A DNA stretch of 36,975 nucleotides. It comes from a virus (taxonomy: Duplodnaviria; Caudoviricetes). Of the stretch, positions 1 to 8,315 are shown piece by piece. The notes beneath the pieces are model-generated. The model saw only the letters and a list, made by a program, of their open reading frames with translations, had not been told where the DNA came from and searched no databases. The stretch covers positions 1 through 36,975 of the IMG/VR virus record IMGVR_UViG_3300037043_000408; one strand, given 5' to 3'. Numbering within the stretch: the stretch's first letter is position 1; every line of letters starts with the position of its first letter. A program made the translations under genes and the position numbers.

Positions 1-1377
1 TCACAGCTTCACCCCGCCGGCCTGCATCCAGTCGTCGATGCGCGTGATGGCGCGGTCGGCGATCTCGAAGCGGTGGGAGAGGTAGGCCTTCTCGATGGTG
101 GTGGCCTGCTTGATCGAGTGGCCGGAGACCTGGCAGGCGGCGATCAGGTCGCTGCCGCTTTCGATCAGCCGGGTGAAGGCGGTGTCGCGCAGGTCGTGGA
201 AGAGGAGGTCGGCGAGGGAGGGCATGGTCCTGGCCGCCTCGGCGCGGACGACGGACCATTCGGCTGTCAGCGCGTCCGGCTTCGCGTAGGGCAGGATCGG
301 GGCGTCGGGCAGCGGCAGCAGGCCGGCGGCCGCCGTGCGGCTCCAGGCCGCGTCCAGCCATCCTTGCGTCGATTTTGGAAGGGAGGCGCCGACGACGGCG
401 CCGGTCTTCTGCTGGGTGAGGCTGAAGCGGCCTTCGGTGCGGATCTTCCAGGTCAGCTGCAGCACGTCCGAGCGGCGCTGGACGGTGCCGAGGGCGAGGG
501 CGACCGCGTCGGCGAGCGCCGGGCGGTTCATCGCGAGGGCGGTGGCGACCATGTGGCCGATCTCTTCGGCCTCGGCATAGCGGATGCGCCCGCCGGGGCT
601 GGCGAGGTTCAGCTTCTCGAAGGGATTGGCGAGGGCCATGTCCTCCTCGCGGTTCGCCCAGGCGATCAGGCCGCGCGCGTAGCTGAGGATGTAGAAGGCC
701 GTGGTGTAGCCGGGCGGGTTTGCCGCGAGGTCCGCGTCGTTTTCCATGGCGCTCTCGCGGCGGGCGCGCAGGTCCTCCTTCTGGGCGCGGCTCATGTCGC
801 GCACCTTCAGGTGCCAGTCGAGGCCCTGGCCCTTGTGGCCGGCCGGCGCCTGGTCCTGCGCGAAGCCGGCATCCAGCATCATCTCGAACCAGCGGCGGGC
901 GGCGCTCTTCTGCACCTGGTCCGGCGCGACATCGCCGAGCCAGAGCTTCAGCACATTGCCGCGCGAGAGGTAGACCCGGCGGGTGCCGGCGCTGACATCC
1001 TGGCGCCAGTGTTTCGACTTGCGGTGGGCGTCGACGAGCTCGCCGATCAGGCGCGCCTTTCCGGACGGGCCGCGCGCCAGGTAGGCGAAGTCACCGGCGA
1101 AGCCGCGCTGCGGCGCAGGCAGGGCCTGCACCATCGCCTCGAGCTCGGCCTGGCTGGGGCCGCCGGGCCGGTCCCGCCACTGGTCGACGGCAGTGTTCAG
1201 TTTCGTGCCGGCGATCTTCGCCTGCTCGAAGCTCAGCCAGTTGCCGGCCGCGTCCTTCAGGTCGATCGAGCGGAAGCCCGCGGCGCGCAGGCGCTTGCCG
1301 CCGTCGCCGCCGAGTTCCCAGCGGGGCCGGCCATCACGCCATTGCACATAGCGGGGCAGGATGCGTTTGCGGGCCAT
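1..1377 (-). CDS. int: Tyrosine recombinase / phage integrase
   Basis: Catalytic motifs QRRSD (R), QQKTG (K), FHDLR (HxxR), SGHS (H), KAYL (Y). Confidence 0.93.
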   Translation of the reverse strand: MARKRILPRYVQWRDGRPRWELGGDGGKRLRAAGFRSIDLKDAAGNWLSFEQAKIAGTKLNTAVDQWRDRPGGPSQAELEAMVQALPAPQRGFAGDFAYLARGPSGKARLIGELVDAHRKSKHWRQDVSAGTRRVYLSRGNVLKLWLGDVAPDQVQKSAARRWFEMMLDAGFAQDQAPAGHKGQGLDWHLKVRDMSRAQKEDLRARRESAMENDADLAANPPGYTTAFYILSYARGLIAWANREEDMALANPFEKLNLASPGGRIRYAEAEEIGHMVATALAMNRPALADAVALALGTVQRRSDVLQLTWKIRTEGRFSLTQQKTGAVVGASLPKSTQGWLDAAWSRTAAAGLLPLPDAPILPYAKPDALTAEWSVVRAEAARTMPSLADLLFHDLRDTAFTRLIESGSDLIAACQVSGHSIKQATTIEKAYLSHRFEIADRAITRIDDWMQAGGVKL

Positions 1378-1607
1378 CAGGAAATCCTCCGGAGATAATC
1401 TTCGAGCTCGTCGCGCCAGTGGCGCGGCCGCGGGCTGACCTGCATGAACGAGGGCCAGCCTTTCAATTTGACGAAGTGATTATAGACGGTCGGGGTGACC
1501 TCAACGAGCACACCCAAGTCCCGCCAGTCACGCGGAACTTCGACGGTGTTGAGAAGTTTCTGCCACTCCTCGATCGCGCGCTCAAAATCCCTTGGGCCTT
1601 CGGCCAT
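1377..1607 (-). CDS. Hypothetical 76-aa protein translationally coupled to int
   Basis: TGATG stop/start overlaps at both ends (1375-1379, 1605-1609). Confidence 0.7.
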   Translation of the reverse strand: MAEGPRDFERAIEEWQKLLNTVEVPRDWRDLGVLVEVTPTVYNHFVKLKGWPSFMQVSPRPRHWRDELEDYLRRIS

Positions 1608-1828
1608 CAGCGTTTCGCCCTCTTCGTCTTCAGCCTGGCGGCGAGGAAATCGAGCAGCTCCTCATCCGTCGGCGCGTTGGCGCGCTGGTTCTTCAGCGCC
1701 TTGAGACCGTCGACGACAGTCTGGTTCATTGTGCGGCCTGCGCTCAGCTCCTCGAGGAGCGCGAGCTCCTCGTCGGTGAAGCGGAAGGCCTTCGGTGTCT
1801 TCACGTTCTTTCCCATGAATTTCGACAT
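1607..1828 (-). CDS. Ribbon-helix-helix (CopG/Arc-like) DNA-binding protein; start at 1828 or 1816
   Basis: KTPKAFRFTDEELALLEELSAGRTMNQTVVDGLKAL fits the RHH strand-helix-helix pattern. Confidence 0.7.
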   Translation of the reverse strand: MSKFMGKNVKTPKAFRFTDEELALLEELSAGRTMNQTVVDGLKALKNQRANAPTDEELLDFLAARLKTKRAKR

Positions 1829-1831
1829 ACA

Positions 1832-1905
1832 GCAGCGATACGGGGTTGACAAGGCAGATATACACTGTATTTCTGCCGCCACTGGCAGCAATACAGCAGC
1901 CATAC
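1832..1905. promoter_or_regulatory. Divergent promoter region with five GCAG(C/A)NATAC boxes and a TTGACA -35 (1846-1851)
   Basis: Boxes at 1832, 1854, 1885, 1896 (direct) and 1867 (inverted); 1853-1877 is a near-perfect palindrome. Confidence 0.7.
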
Positions 1906-1920
1906 TAAACGGAGCCGCCC

Positions 1921-1989
1921 ATGACCACCCAGGAAAAAGCCCGCGAAGCGATCGGAAACTTCCTCACCGCCTACTTCGCCCGCCGCTGA
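1921..1989 (+). CDS. 22-aa micro-peptide MTTQEKAREAIGNFLTAYFARR
   Basis: GGAG RBS just upstream, ATG...TGA, high-GC3 codons; below the ORF-track cutoff. Confidence 0.5.
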   Translation: MTTQEKAREAIGNFLTAYFARR

Positions 1990-1995
1990 GACCCA

Positions 1996-2017
1996 GGAGG
2001 GGACGCAAGTCCCCTCC
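1996..2017 (+). other. Perfect 9-bp RNA hairpin with GCAA tetraloop
   Basis: GGAGGGGAC-GCAA-GTCCCCTCC. Confidence 0.7.
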
Positions 2018-2040
2018 GCCCACCCCCGAAGGAGCGCCCC

Positions 2041-2211
2041 ATGCGCCTCGTTTTCCTGATCTGGTTCGGCCTCAATGCCCTGGCGTTCGGCCTGACCTTC
2101 TACCCGCTCGCCACGGTTGCGACCGTCTTCGGGCTGATCTTCGCGCGCGCCTGTTTCAAGGCGTTCGACGAGATGGCCTTTCGCCCGCATGATGATCCGC
2201 CCACGGACTGA
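2041..2211 (+). CDS. 56-aa small membrane protein (about two TM segments)
   Basis: AAGGAG RBS; MRLVFLIWFGLNALAFGLTFYPLATVATVFGLIFARACFKAFDEMAFRPHDDPPTD. Confidence 0.7.
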   Translation: MRLVFLIWFGLNALAFGLTFYPLATVATVFGLIFARACFKAFDEMAFRPHDDPPTD

Positions 2212-2237
2212 CCTGCCTGACCCCAAAGGAGTAACCC

Positions 2238-2813
2238 ATGAAGAAATCCGACCTTCCATCAACCGCACCGAAATTCCATGAGGTGCACTATGCCACGATG
2301 TTCCTGACCGGCCTGTCGGGAACCATCTCTGCCCTGGCCGCATCCTACCATATCCATGCCGGCGCGACCTTCTCGATGTGGGAAGTGAAGCTGGTCTTCA
2401 CGGTGCTGGGCGGCGTGTTCGCCCTGACCATGGCCCTGATGCCGATGTTCCTCGCCCGCCCGCACGGCGAAGCGATGGAAGGCGGCAATGCCCAGTCCGG
2501 GCTGATGCTGATCGTGCTGATGGTCATGGCTCTGGACGGCGCCCTGCAGGTCCATGCCGCGACGGTCATCCTCGAAGCCCTCGCCATCGAGGTGCCCGCC
2601 TGGTGGGTGATGGCGATCGGGGCGGCGCTGTTCCAGCTTTCGATGTTCTTCATGCGCGGCACGCTGTTTGCGGCCACGCGGGAGATCCAGGAGCTGATCG
2701 ACGCACGCGCCCAGGAGCTGAAGCTGGCGGAGGTGTATGCCCGGGCCGAGAAGAACGCGAAGCGGCGCGAAGACTACGCCGCCAAGAACGGCAACGTCTA
2801 CGCCATCCGCTGA
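2238..2813 (+). CDS. 191-aa membrane protein, about four TM helices plus a charged C-terminal helix (moron / exclusion candidate)
   Basis: AAAGGAG RBS, four hydrophobic stretches, followed by a terminator. Confidence 0.85.
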   Translation: MKKSDLPSTAPKFHEVHYATMFLTGLSGTISALAASYHIHAGATFSMWEVKLVFTVLGGVFALTMALMPMFLARPHGEAMEGGNAQSGLMLIVLMVMALDGALQVHAATVILEALAIEVPAWWVMAIGAALFQLSMFFMRGTLFAATREIQELIDARAQELKLAEVYARAEKNAKRREDYAAKNGNVYAIR

Positions 2814-2835
2814 CCGTCCGCTTACGGAGGACAGA

Positions 2836-2867
2836 GCCCCCGGCACCGAGAGGCGCCGGGGGCCTTT
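2836..2867 (+). terminator. Intrinsic terminator between convergent transcription units (possibly bidirectional)
   Basis: GCCCCCGGCaCC-GAGA-GGcGCCGGGGGC followed by CTTT. Confidence 0.7.
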
Positions 2868-2977
2868 CATGTGAAGAGGAAGACGGCGGCCGTGCAGGCG
2901 TAGAGCAGCAGCACGACGATGGTAATCGCGGCGGCGGCGGCCGGGTAGCCGTTCTCGGGCGGATCGGGGAAGCTCAT
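2867..2977 (-). CDS. 36-aa single-TM peptide
   Basis: MSFPDPPENGYPAAAAAITIVVLLLYACTAAVFLFT; ATGA overlap with the upstream gene. Confidence 0.6.
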   Translation of the reverse strand: MSFPDPPENGYPAAAAAITIVVLLLYACTAAVFLFT

Positions 2978-3288
2978 GCGGTGACCTTCCTGCTGGCGGG
3001 GGCGGCCGCGAGGGCGACGGCCCGGTCGCGCCGGCGCTGGGCGCGGGCATAGGCGGCGAAGGCCGAGGCGACCTTGGCGTCTTCCACGGCGATGACGGCG
3101 CGCACGCGCTGCAGCGCGTCCCAGGCCTCCTCCTCGCAAGTGTGGCGGGCGAGCACGTCGCGGGCCCGCACCAGGGCGCCGCCGCCGCGCAGCACGTCGC
3201 GCCCGGTAATGCGCCCGCCGCGCTGGCTGGTGAACTGGATCAGGCGCGGGGCGTCGGCGGCGAAGCGGGTGATGAGAAATTCGGTCAT
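2974..3288 (-). CDS. Hypothetical early protein
   Basis: ATGA overlaps at both ends within the leftward operon. Confidence 0.7.
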   Translation of the reverse strand: MTEFLITRFAADAPRLIQFTSQRGGRITGRDVLRGGGALVRARDVLARHTCEEEAWDALQRVRAVIAVEDAKVASAFAAYARAQRRRDRAVALAAAPASRKVTA

Positions 3289-3563
3289 GCAGCGGCCGGA
3301 ATGAACCCTGTCGGGATCTTCCGCTTCTTCATCTGCTGCATGAACTCGATCACCGCATCCATCGCCGCATCGTCGTCGTCCGCTTCGGGGACGCCGGGAA
3401 TGAAGCGGTCGTCGCCGGTTCGTGCATGACGACAGATGACATCAAGTTTGTCTCGCTGCGCCTTGGTGCGGACCTCGCCCAGCTCAATCGCACCTTCCGG
3501 CGCGAAATCGGCGAGCTCGACGAGGCCGGACCTCCAGCAGATTACCTTTTTGCACTTCTTCAC
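3285..3563 (-). CDS. Conserved small phage protein resembling the family often annotated 'host nuclease inhibitor'
   Basis: WRSGLVE..PEGAIE..RH..IPGVPEA..AMDAV..F pattern; GTGA overlap. Confidence 0.6.
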   Translation of the reverse strand: MKKCKKVICWRSGLVELADFAPEGAIELGEVRTKAQRDKLDVICRHARTGDDRFIPGVPEADDDDAAMDAVIEFMQQMKKRKIPTGFIPAAA

Positions 3564-3876
3564 AGCAGTCTCCCTTCGAGTGTGGCGGCGGTGCGCGCGG
3601 AGCGGTCCGTGCGCGGATCATTTTCATTGGCGGCGGCGGGCAGGCCCATGGCGGCGTGGAGGTGGGCCGGGGCCTGCAGGGCGAACCAGGCCTCGACGGC
3701 GGCCTGGTCCCAGACATAGACGGGGCGGCCGCGGCCGCGGCGGCCGCGCGCCGGCGGGGTCGGCACCGGCGGCGGGAAGCCGCGGGCCTCGAGCTCGGGC
3801 CGGGCGCGCAGCAGCCAGTCCTTCGACCGGGCAAACCGGGCGGCGACGGCGTCCGCCTTGAGGGGGGTGCCGGGGG

Positions 3877-3880
<4 letters not shown>
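3560..3880 (-). CDS. Excisionase / AlpA-like winged-helix protein
   Basis: LKADAVAARFARSKDWL...RGFPPP...VWDQAAVEAW; ATGA overlap at 3877-3880. Confidence 0.7.
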
Positions 3881-4612
<732 letters not shown>

Positions 4613-4629
<17 letters not shown>

Positions 4630-4888
4630 GTTGGTTCTCCGTGTTGTGGGTGTTGAGATTTTGGGCGTGGAAAGCCGGATGCTCGCCGCACCAGTCCTCG
4701 GCGCCCTTGATGACGGGGCTGGGGAAGCGCTTGCAGAGATTGCCGAGGGTGGCGCGGGCCTGCCAGAACGGGCAGGTGGCGCAGGCCGGGCGGGCGGCGG
4801 CGACGACCTGCAATTTCGGCGGCGGGGGCGCATCGCCCTCAGCTTTTTTCGCGGCGGGCTTCTTCGGGGCGGTCGCGGTTCGGGCCAT
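4613..4888 (-). CDS. 91-aa protein with a basic N-terminus and a four-Cys metal-binding motif
   Basis: CAGGAG RBS; CATCPFW...CKRFP...DWCGEH. Confidence 0.75.
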
Positions 4889-4912
4889 GCGGATCTCCTG
4901 CTTGGGAGACCC

Positions 4913-4968
4913 TGCATACACCGTTACGGCGTATGTCTGTCAACAGCGGATTAATCCTGAGCGGATTA
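4913..4968 (-). promoter_or_regulatory. Leftward early promoter/operator (pL/OL-like)
   Basis: TTGACA on the - strand at 4943-4938; 17-bp operators at 4917-4933, 4937-4953 (half-site) and 4952-4968. Confidence 0.7.
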
Positions 4969-5085
4969 TTTCTTTCGCACCAGACGCACGATGTACCGGA
5001 AGAGGCGTCCGAGAAGGAACAGAAGGGCGGCGCCGACGCCGCCAAAAATCGCGGAGATGAGGATGCTGTCGAGCGGACCGCTCAC
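4966..5085 (-). CDS. 39-aa single-TM peptide coupled to the repressor gene
   Basis: GTGA overlap with the cI stop; MSGPLDSILISAIFGGVGAALLFLLGRLFRYIVRLVRKK. Confidence 0.65.
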   Translation of the reverse strand: MSGPLDSILISAIFGGVGAALLFLLGRLFRYIVRLVRKK

Positions 5086-5432
5086 CGGTTTTCATCCGGA
5101 TCGTCGCGCATCTCGCGCAAGGTGCGAAGCTGTGAGAGGATCAGTTGCCGATCGCGGGGGAAGCGGCGCATCCATTCAACAATGTCGCGCTCTTCGTCGG
5201 TCAACGCGATGGCATCCTTCACGAGCTTGCTGGACGGGACATTTAAGGCCTTGGCGATCAGCTCGAGCTTGTCAAGCGTGATCGCGCGAACGCCGGTTTC
5301 GTATCGTTGCAGTGTCTGCCAGGAAATCCCGGTCAACGCCGCAAGTTGCTCGAGCGTAAGTTTCTGAGCTTTGCGCTCGTCGCGGATGCGATTGCGCACA
5401 TCCGGGGGCGTGTCGTTGTAGGCTGCCATCAT
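5082..5432 (-). CDS. cI: XRE-family HTH repressor (cI-like), no S24 autopeptidase domain
   Basis: NRIRDERKAQKLTLEQLAALTGISWQTLQRYETG; divergent from the cro-like gene. Confidence 0.85.
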   Translation of the reverse strand: MMAAYNDTPPDVRNRIRDERKAQKLTLEQLAALTGISWQTLQRYETGVRAITLDKLELIAKALNVPSSKLVKDAIALTDEERDIVEWMRRFPRDRQLILSQLRTLREMRDDPDENR

Positions 5433-5467
5433 GCGTGGGTTTTTGATCCCGGCCTCTGGCGATGTGT

Positions 5468-5557
5468 AGCGCCGAGAAGGATTAAAAATCGCTGAAGGGG
5501 CTTGACGGGCGGAGCAAATCACCTGCGCTAGATACACCGTAGCGGATTAAATGCAAT
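5468..5557. promoter_or_regulatory. cI/cro control region (OR-like)
   Basis: Operators at 5468-5484 and 5533-5549; candidate TAGATA-17-TGCAAT promoter at 5529-5557. Confidence 0.65.
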
Positions 5558-5571
5558 CGCACGGGAGTATT

Positions 5572-5817
5572 ATGTCTCGCAAAATGACCCGTCTGGAGCG
5601 CCTGAAGCGGCTCAAATACGGCACATACGCCGCCCTTGGCGAGGCTCTGGGTGTGCACGGAAATACTGCCCGGCGCTACTGCCAGCCGCCCAGTGAGGCC
5701 GATTGGCTATGGATCGCTGCCGGCCCGGCGTCCCAGCTGAAGCAGCTGACCGAAGGCGCGCTGCATGCCGGCAATTACTACGAGCTTGTCAATGCCGACG
5801 AGGAGGCCACTGCATGA
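5572..5817 (+). CDS. cro: Cro-like HTH regulator
   Basis: GGGAG RBS; TYAALGEALGVHGNTARRY HTH; position opposite cI. Confidence 0.75.
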   Translation: MSRKMTRLERLKRLKYGTYAALGEALGVHGNTARRYCQPPSEADWLWIAAGPASQLKQLTEGALHAGNYYELVNADEEATA

Positions 5818-6227
5818 TCCCCCCCGAATTCGAAGCCGCCGCCGATGTCTGTTTCGCGGTGGAAGCGGTGAAGCAGGCCGGCGCGACCGGGCGCCGCCAG
5901 GTGCTGCTGGAGGAGCTGGTGCGGCGCACGGACGTGCTGCGCCAGGCGCTGACGCCGAAGGCCGACCCGGTGTTCCATGCCGGCGTGCACCGGTCCCGCC
6001 GGGCGCTGCAGGTGCTGGCGCTCGGCGTCGAGGACTGGATCTGGGCCGGCGCTGATCCGTGCCCGGACGAGCCGGCGATGATTGTCGTCGATGCGGCGAA
6101 GCTGCGGGTAGGGCGGCTGATGCAGATGGAGGCGCCGGCAGGCCGCAAGGGGGGGGGCGAGCCGATCCAAACCAGATCGACCTCGAAGATTACCTGCGCC
6201 AATTCACCGCGGAGCGATGAGCGATGA
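5814..6227 (+). CDS. Hypothetical protein (137 aa)
   Basis: ATGA overlap with cro; MIPPEFEAAAD start. Confidence 0.65.
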   Translation: MIPPEFEAAADVCFAVEAVKQAGATGRRQVLLEELVRRTDVLRQALTPKADPVFHAGVHRSRRALQVLALGVEDWIWAGADPCPDEPAMIVVDAAKLRVGRLMQMEAPAGRKGGGEPIQTRSTSKITCANSPRSDER

Positions 6228-6550
6228 TGGACCGCGCGCATTTCGCCATCCTGATGAATTTCGCCAAGGCGCCGACGCAGCTGCGCTTCCGGGAGCCGGC
6301 GGCCGCGCTGCTGGCGCGCCATGACGCGGCCGGCTGGGCCGGCGGGCCGAAGGATTACGAGCTGCGCGAGCTGGTGCTGAAGGCCGGCTGGAACACGCTG
6401 CAGCGCGGCGCGCCCGGTGTGTATGTCTGGGCCAAGGCGCTCGAGGGATTGCTCAGTGCCGTGACGATCGAGCCGGAGCCGGAAGCGCCGAAGCTGAAAG
6501 AGCCGGACGAGACCTGGGTCAAGCCGCGGCCGGATCAGGGAGGCAAGTGA
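6224..6550 (+). CDS. Hypothetical protein
   Basis: Coupled ORF in the early right operon. Confidence 0.7.
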   Translation: MMDRAHFAILMNFAKAPTQLRFREPAAALLARHDAAGWAGGPKDYELRELVLKAGWNTLQRGAPGVYVWAKALEGLLSAVTIEPEPEAPKLKEPDETWVKPRPDQGGK

Positions 6551-6913
6551 ATGGGGCGGGCCGGGGGAATGGTGCGGCGCCAGGGCGGCGCCCGGCGGCT
6601 GGCGGCGCAGGGGGCGTATCTCGCCTGCCTGCGCGTCGTCAGCGAACGCGGCCTCGCCGAGGCGATGGCGAAGACCTTCCGGGCCCGGCAGGCCCGGCGC
6701 GGCGGCGCCCAGCGCAGCAGCGACCGGACGCTGGCCATCCATCTCGCCCGCGAGGCTTTCGGCGTGCAGCTCTATGCGCTCGGCCGGGCGGCAGGCCTGC
6801 ATCCGCGCTCGGCGCAGAATGCCTCGCTGGTCGTCTGGGAACGGCGCGACCTCGATCCGGATTTCGACCGGCTGCTTTGGACGGCCGTCCGTGAACTGAG
6901 GATGGACGCGTGA
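6551..6913 (+). CDS. DnaA C-terminal/TrpR-like HTH DNA-binding protein
   Basis: RTLAIHLAREAFGVQLYALGRAAGLHPRSAQNA..VWERRDLDPDFD resembles DnaA domain IV-like proteins. Confidence 0.65.
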   Translation: MGRAGGMVRRQGGARRLAAQGAYLACLRVVSERGLAEAMAKTFRARQARRGGAQRSSDRTLAIHLAREAFGVQLYALGRAAGLHPRSAQNASLVVWERRDLDPDFDRLLWTAVRELRMDA

Positions 6914-7182
6914 TGCTGCAACGGATCTGGTTCGCGCTCGCGTGTGTCGCCGTGATCGCGGCCGCCTTCCCGGCGATGCTGTGGCTGGCAATCATGATCC
7001 AGTTCTGGCCGCTCTGGACGGCCGGGTTCGCCGCGATCGGCGTGCTCACCTGTTTCGTGCTGGTGGTGGCCGGGGCCTTCGGGCTGCTCAGTGCGCTGTC
7101 GCCGGAGTGGAAGGCCGAGACGCGGGACAAGACCCCGCCGCCTGCGCCGAAGCGGGCCGCGCACAAGGGCGGGAAACGGTGA
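6910..7182 (+). CDS. Small two-TM membrane protein with a basic tail
   Basis: Hydrophobic residues 5-60; GTGA overlaps. Confidence 0.7.
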   Translation: MMLQRIWFALACVAVIAAAFPAMLWLAIMIQFWPLWTAGFAAIGVLTCFVLVVAGAFGLLSALSPEWKAETRDKTPPPAPKRAAHKGGKR

Positions 7183-8315
7183 CCGAAACCCGCGCCCCCC
7201 GCTTAGGCATGGCCGACGTGAAGCCGCTCCTGCAGGCGCGGGCCTTTGACCTTGCGAAGCTGCTGCTGCCGGGCGGCCGCCTCGAGGGCGACCGCTGGCA
7301 GGGGCACGACCCGAACGGCGGGCGCGACAACTTCACGATCTGGATCAAGGGCCCCGCGGCGGGCTGTTTCAAGGCCTGGGCGAGCGGCGGCAAGGGTGAC
7401 GTGTACGGACTGTTGGTGCATCTCGGCCAGGCGCACGACAATGCCGCCGCGCTGAAATGGGCGAAGGGCTGGCTTGGCCTCGAGGACGCGCCGGAGGCGC
7501 GGGTGCGCGAGATCCAGGCGCAGGCGGCGGTGGTCGACGAAGCGCGCGAAGCAGAGCTCACCGCCAAGGCCGCCCGCAAGGCGCGCTATGCCAAGGCCGT
7601 ATGGCTCGGATCGTCGCTGGTGACCAAGGGCGACCCCGTCTGGACCTATCTCGAGGCGGCGCGCGGCATTCCGTTGCCCTGGCTGTGGCGCCGGCGGCCG
7701 GTGTCGGCGCTGCGCGCCCATCCGGCGCTCGACTATTCCTGGCCGGAGGCGAAGAGCCTCGACGATTACTGGGCCGCGCGGCGGCCGAAGTCCGGAAAGT
7801 CGCAGCACCCGGCGATGGTGGCGATGATGACGCCGGTGAATGGCGGCAGCGGCGCCGGCCTACACCGCACCTACCTGACGCGGACCGGCGACGGGAAGGC
7901 TGAAGTGCCCGGCGCGAAGAAGATGCACGGGACGATCAGCGGCTATGCGATCAAGCTCTGGCGCGGCGAGAGCGGGCTGTCCGAAGGCGAGGCGATCAAG
8001 CGCGGCGCCGGCGGGACGCTGGTGGTCACCGAAGGGATCGAGGACGCGCTGAGCGTTGCGGCAGCGGCGCCGGAGCACCGCGTCTGGGCGGTCGGCTCGC
8101 TGTCGCTGCTGGCGGTCATGCCCTGGCCGAAATGCGCCGGCGAGCTCGTGATCGCGGCCGACAATGACTGGGACAAGCCCGAGGCGCTGAAGCTGCTCGA
8201 CAAGGCAGCGACGGGACTGGCGGCCTTCGGGCCGGTGCGCATCGCGAGGGCACCTGCCGGGCAGGGCCTGAAGGACATGAACGACCTACTCAACGCCGCA
8301 AGGAGGCAAACATGA
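7179..8315 (+). CDS. Toprim-domain DNA primase (P4/plasmid-type)
   Basis: TYLEAARGI, GLHRTYL, VVTEGIEDALS, IAADND, KDMNDLL; GTG start overlapping the previous stop. Confidence 0.88.
   Translation: MTETRAPRLGMADVKPLLQARAFDLAKLLLPGGRLEGDRWQGHDPNGGRDNFTIWIKGPAAGCFKAWASGGKGDVYGLLVHLGQAHDNAAALKWAKGWLGLEDAPEARVREIQAQAAVVDEAREAELTAKAARKARYAKAVWLGSSLVTKGDPVWTYLEAARGIPLPWLWRRRPVSALRAHPALDYSWPEAKSLDDYWAARRPKSGKSQHPAMVAMMTPVNGGSGAGLHRTYLTRTGDGKAEVPGAKKMHGTISGYAIKLWRGESGLSEGEAIKRGAGGTLVVTEGIEDALSVAAAAPEHRVWAVGSLSLLAVMPWPKCAGELVIAADNDWDKPEALKLLDKAATGLAAFGPVRIARAPAGQGLKDMNDLLNAARRQT

Noticed and set aside
1-60. attL/attP or tRNA target beside the integrase
   Set aside because: The window starts at the int stop codon, so no flanking sequence is available
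1377-1828. RHH plus 76-aa ORF as a type II toxin-antitoxin pair
   Set aside because: The gene order fits, but the 76-aa protein shows no RelE/ParE, PIN, HicA or MazF motif I can recognise; not supportable without a search
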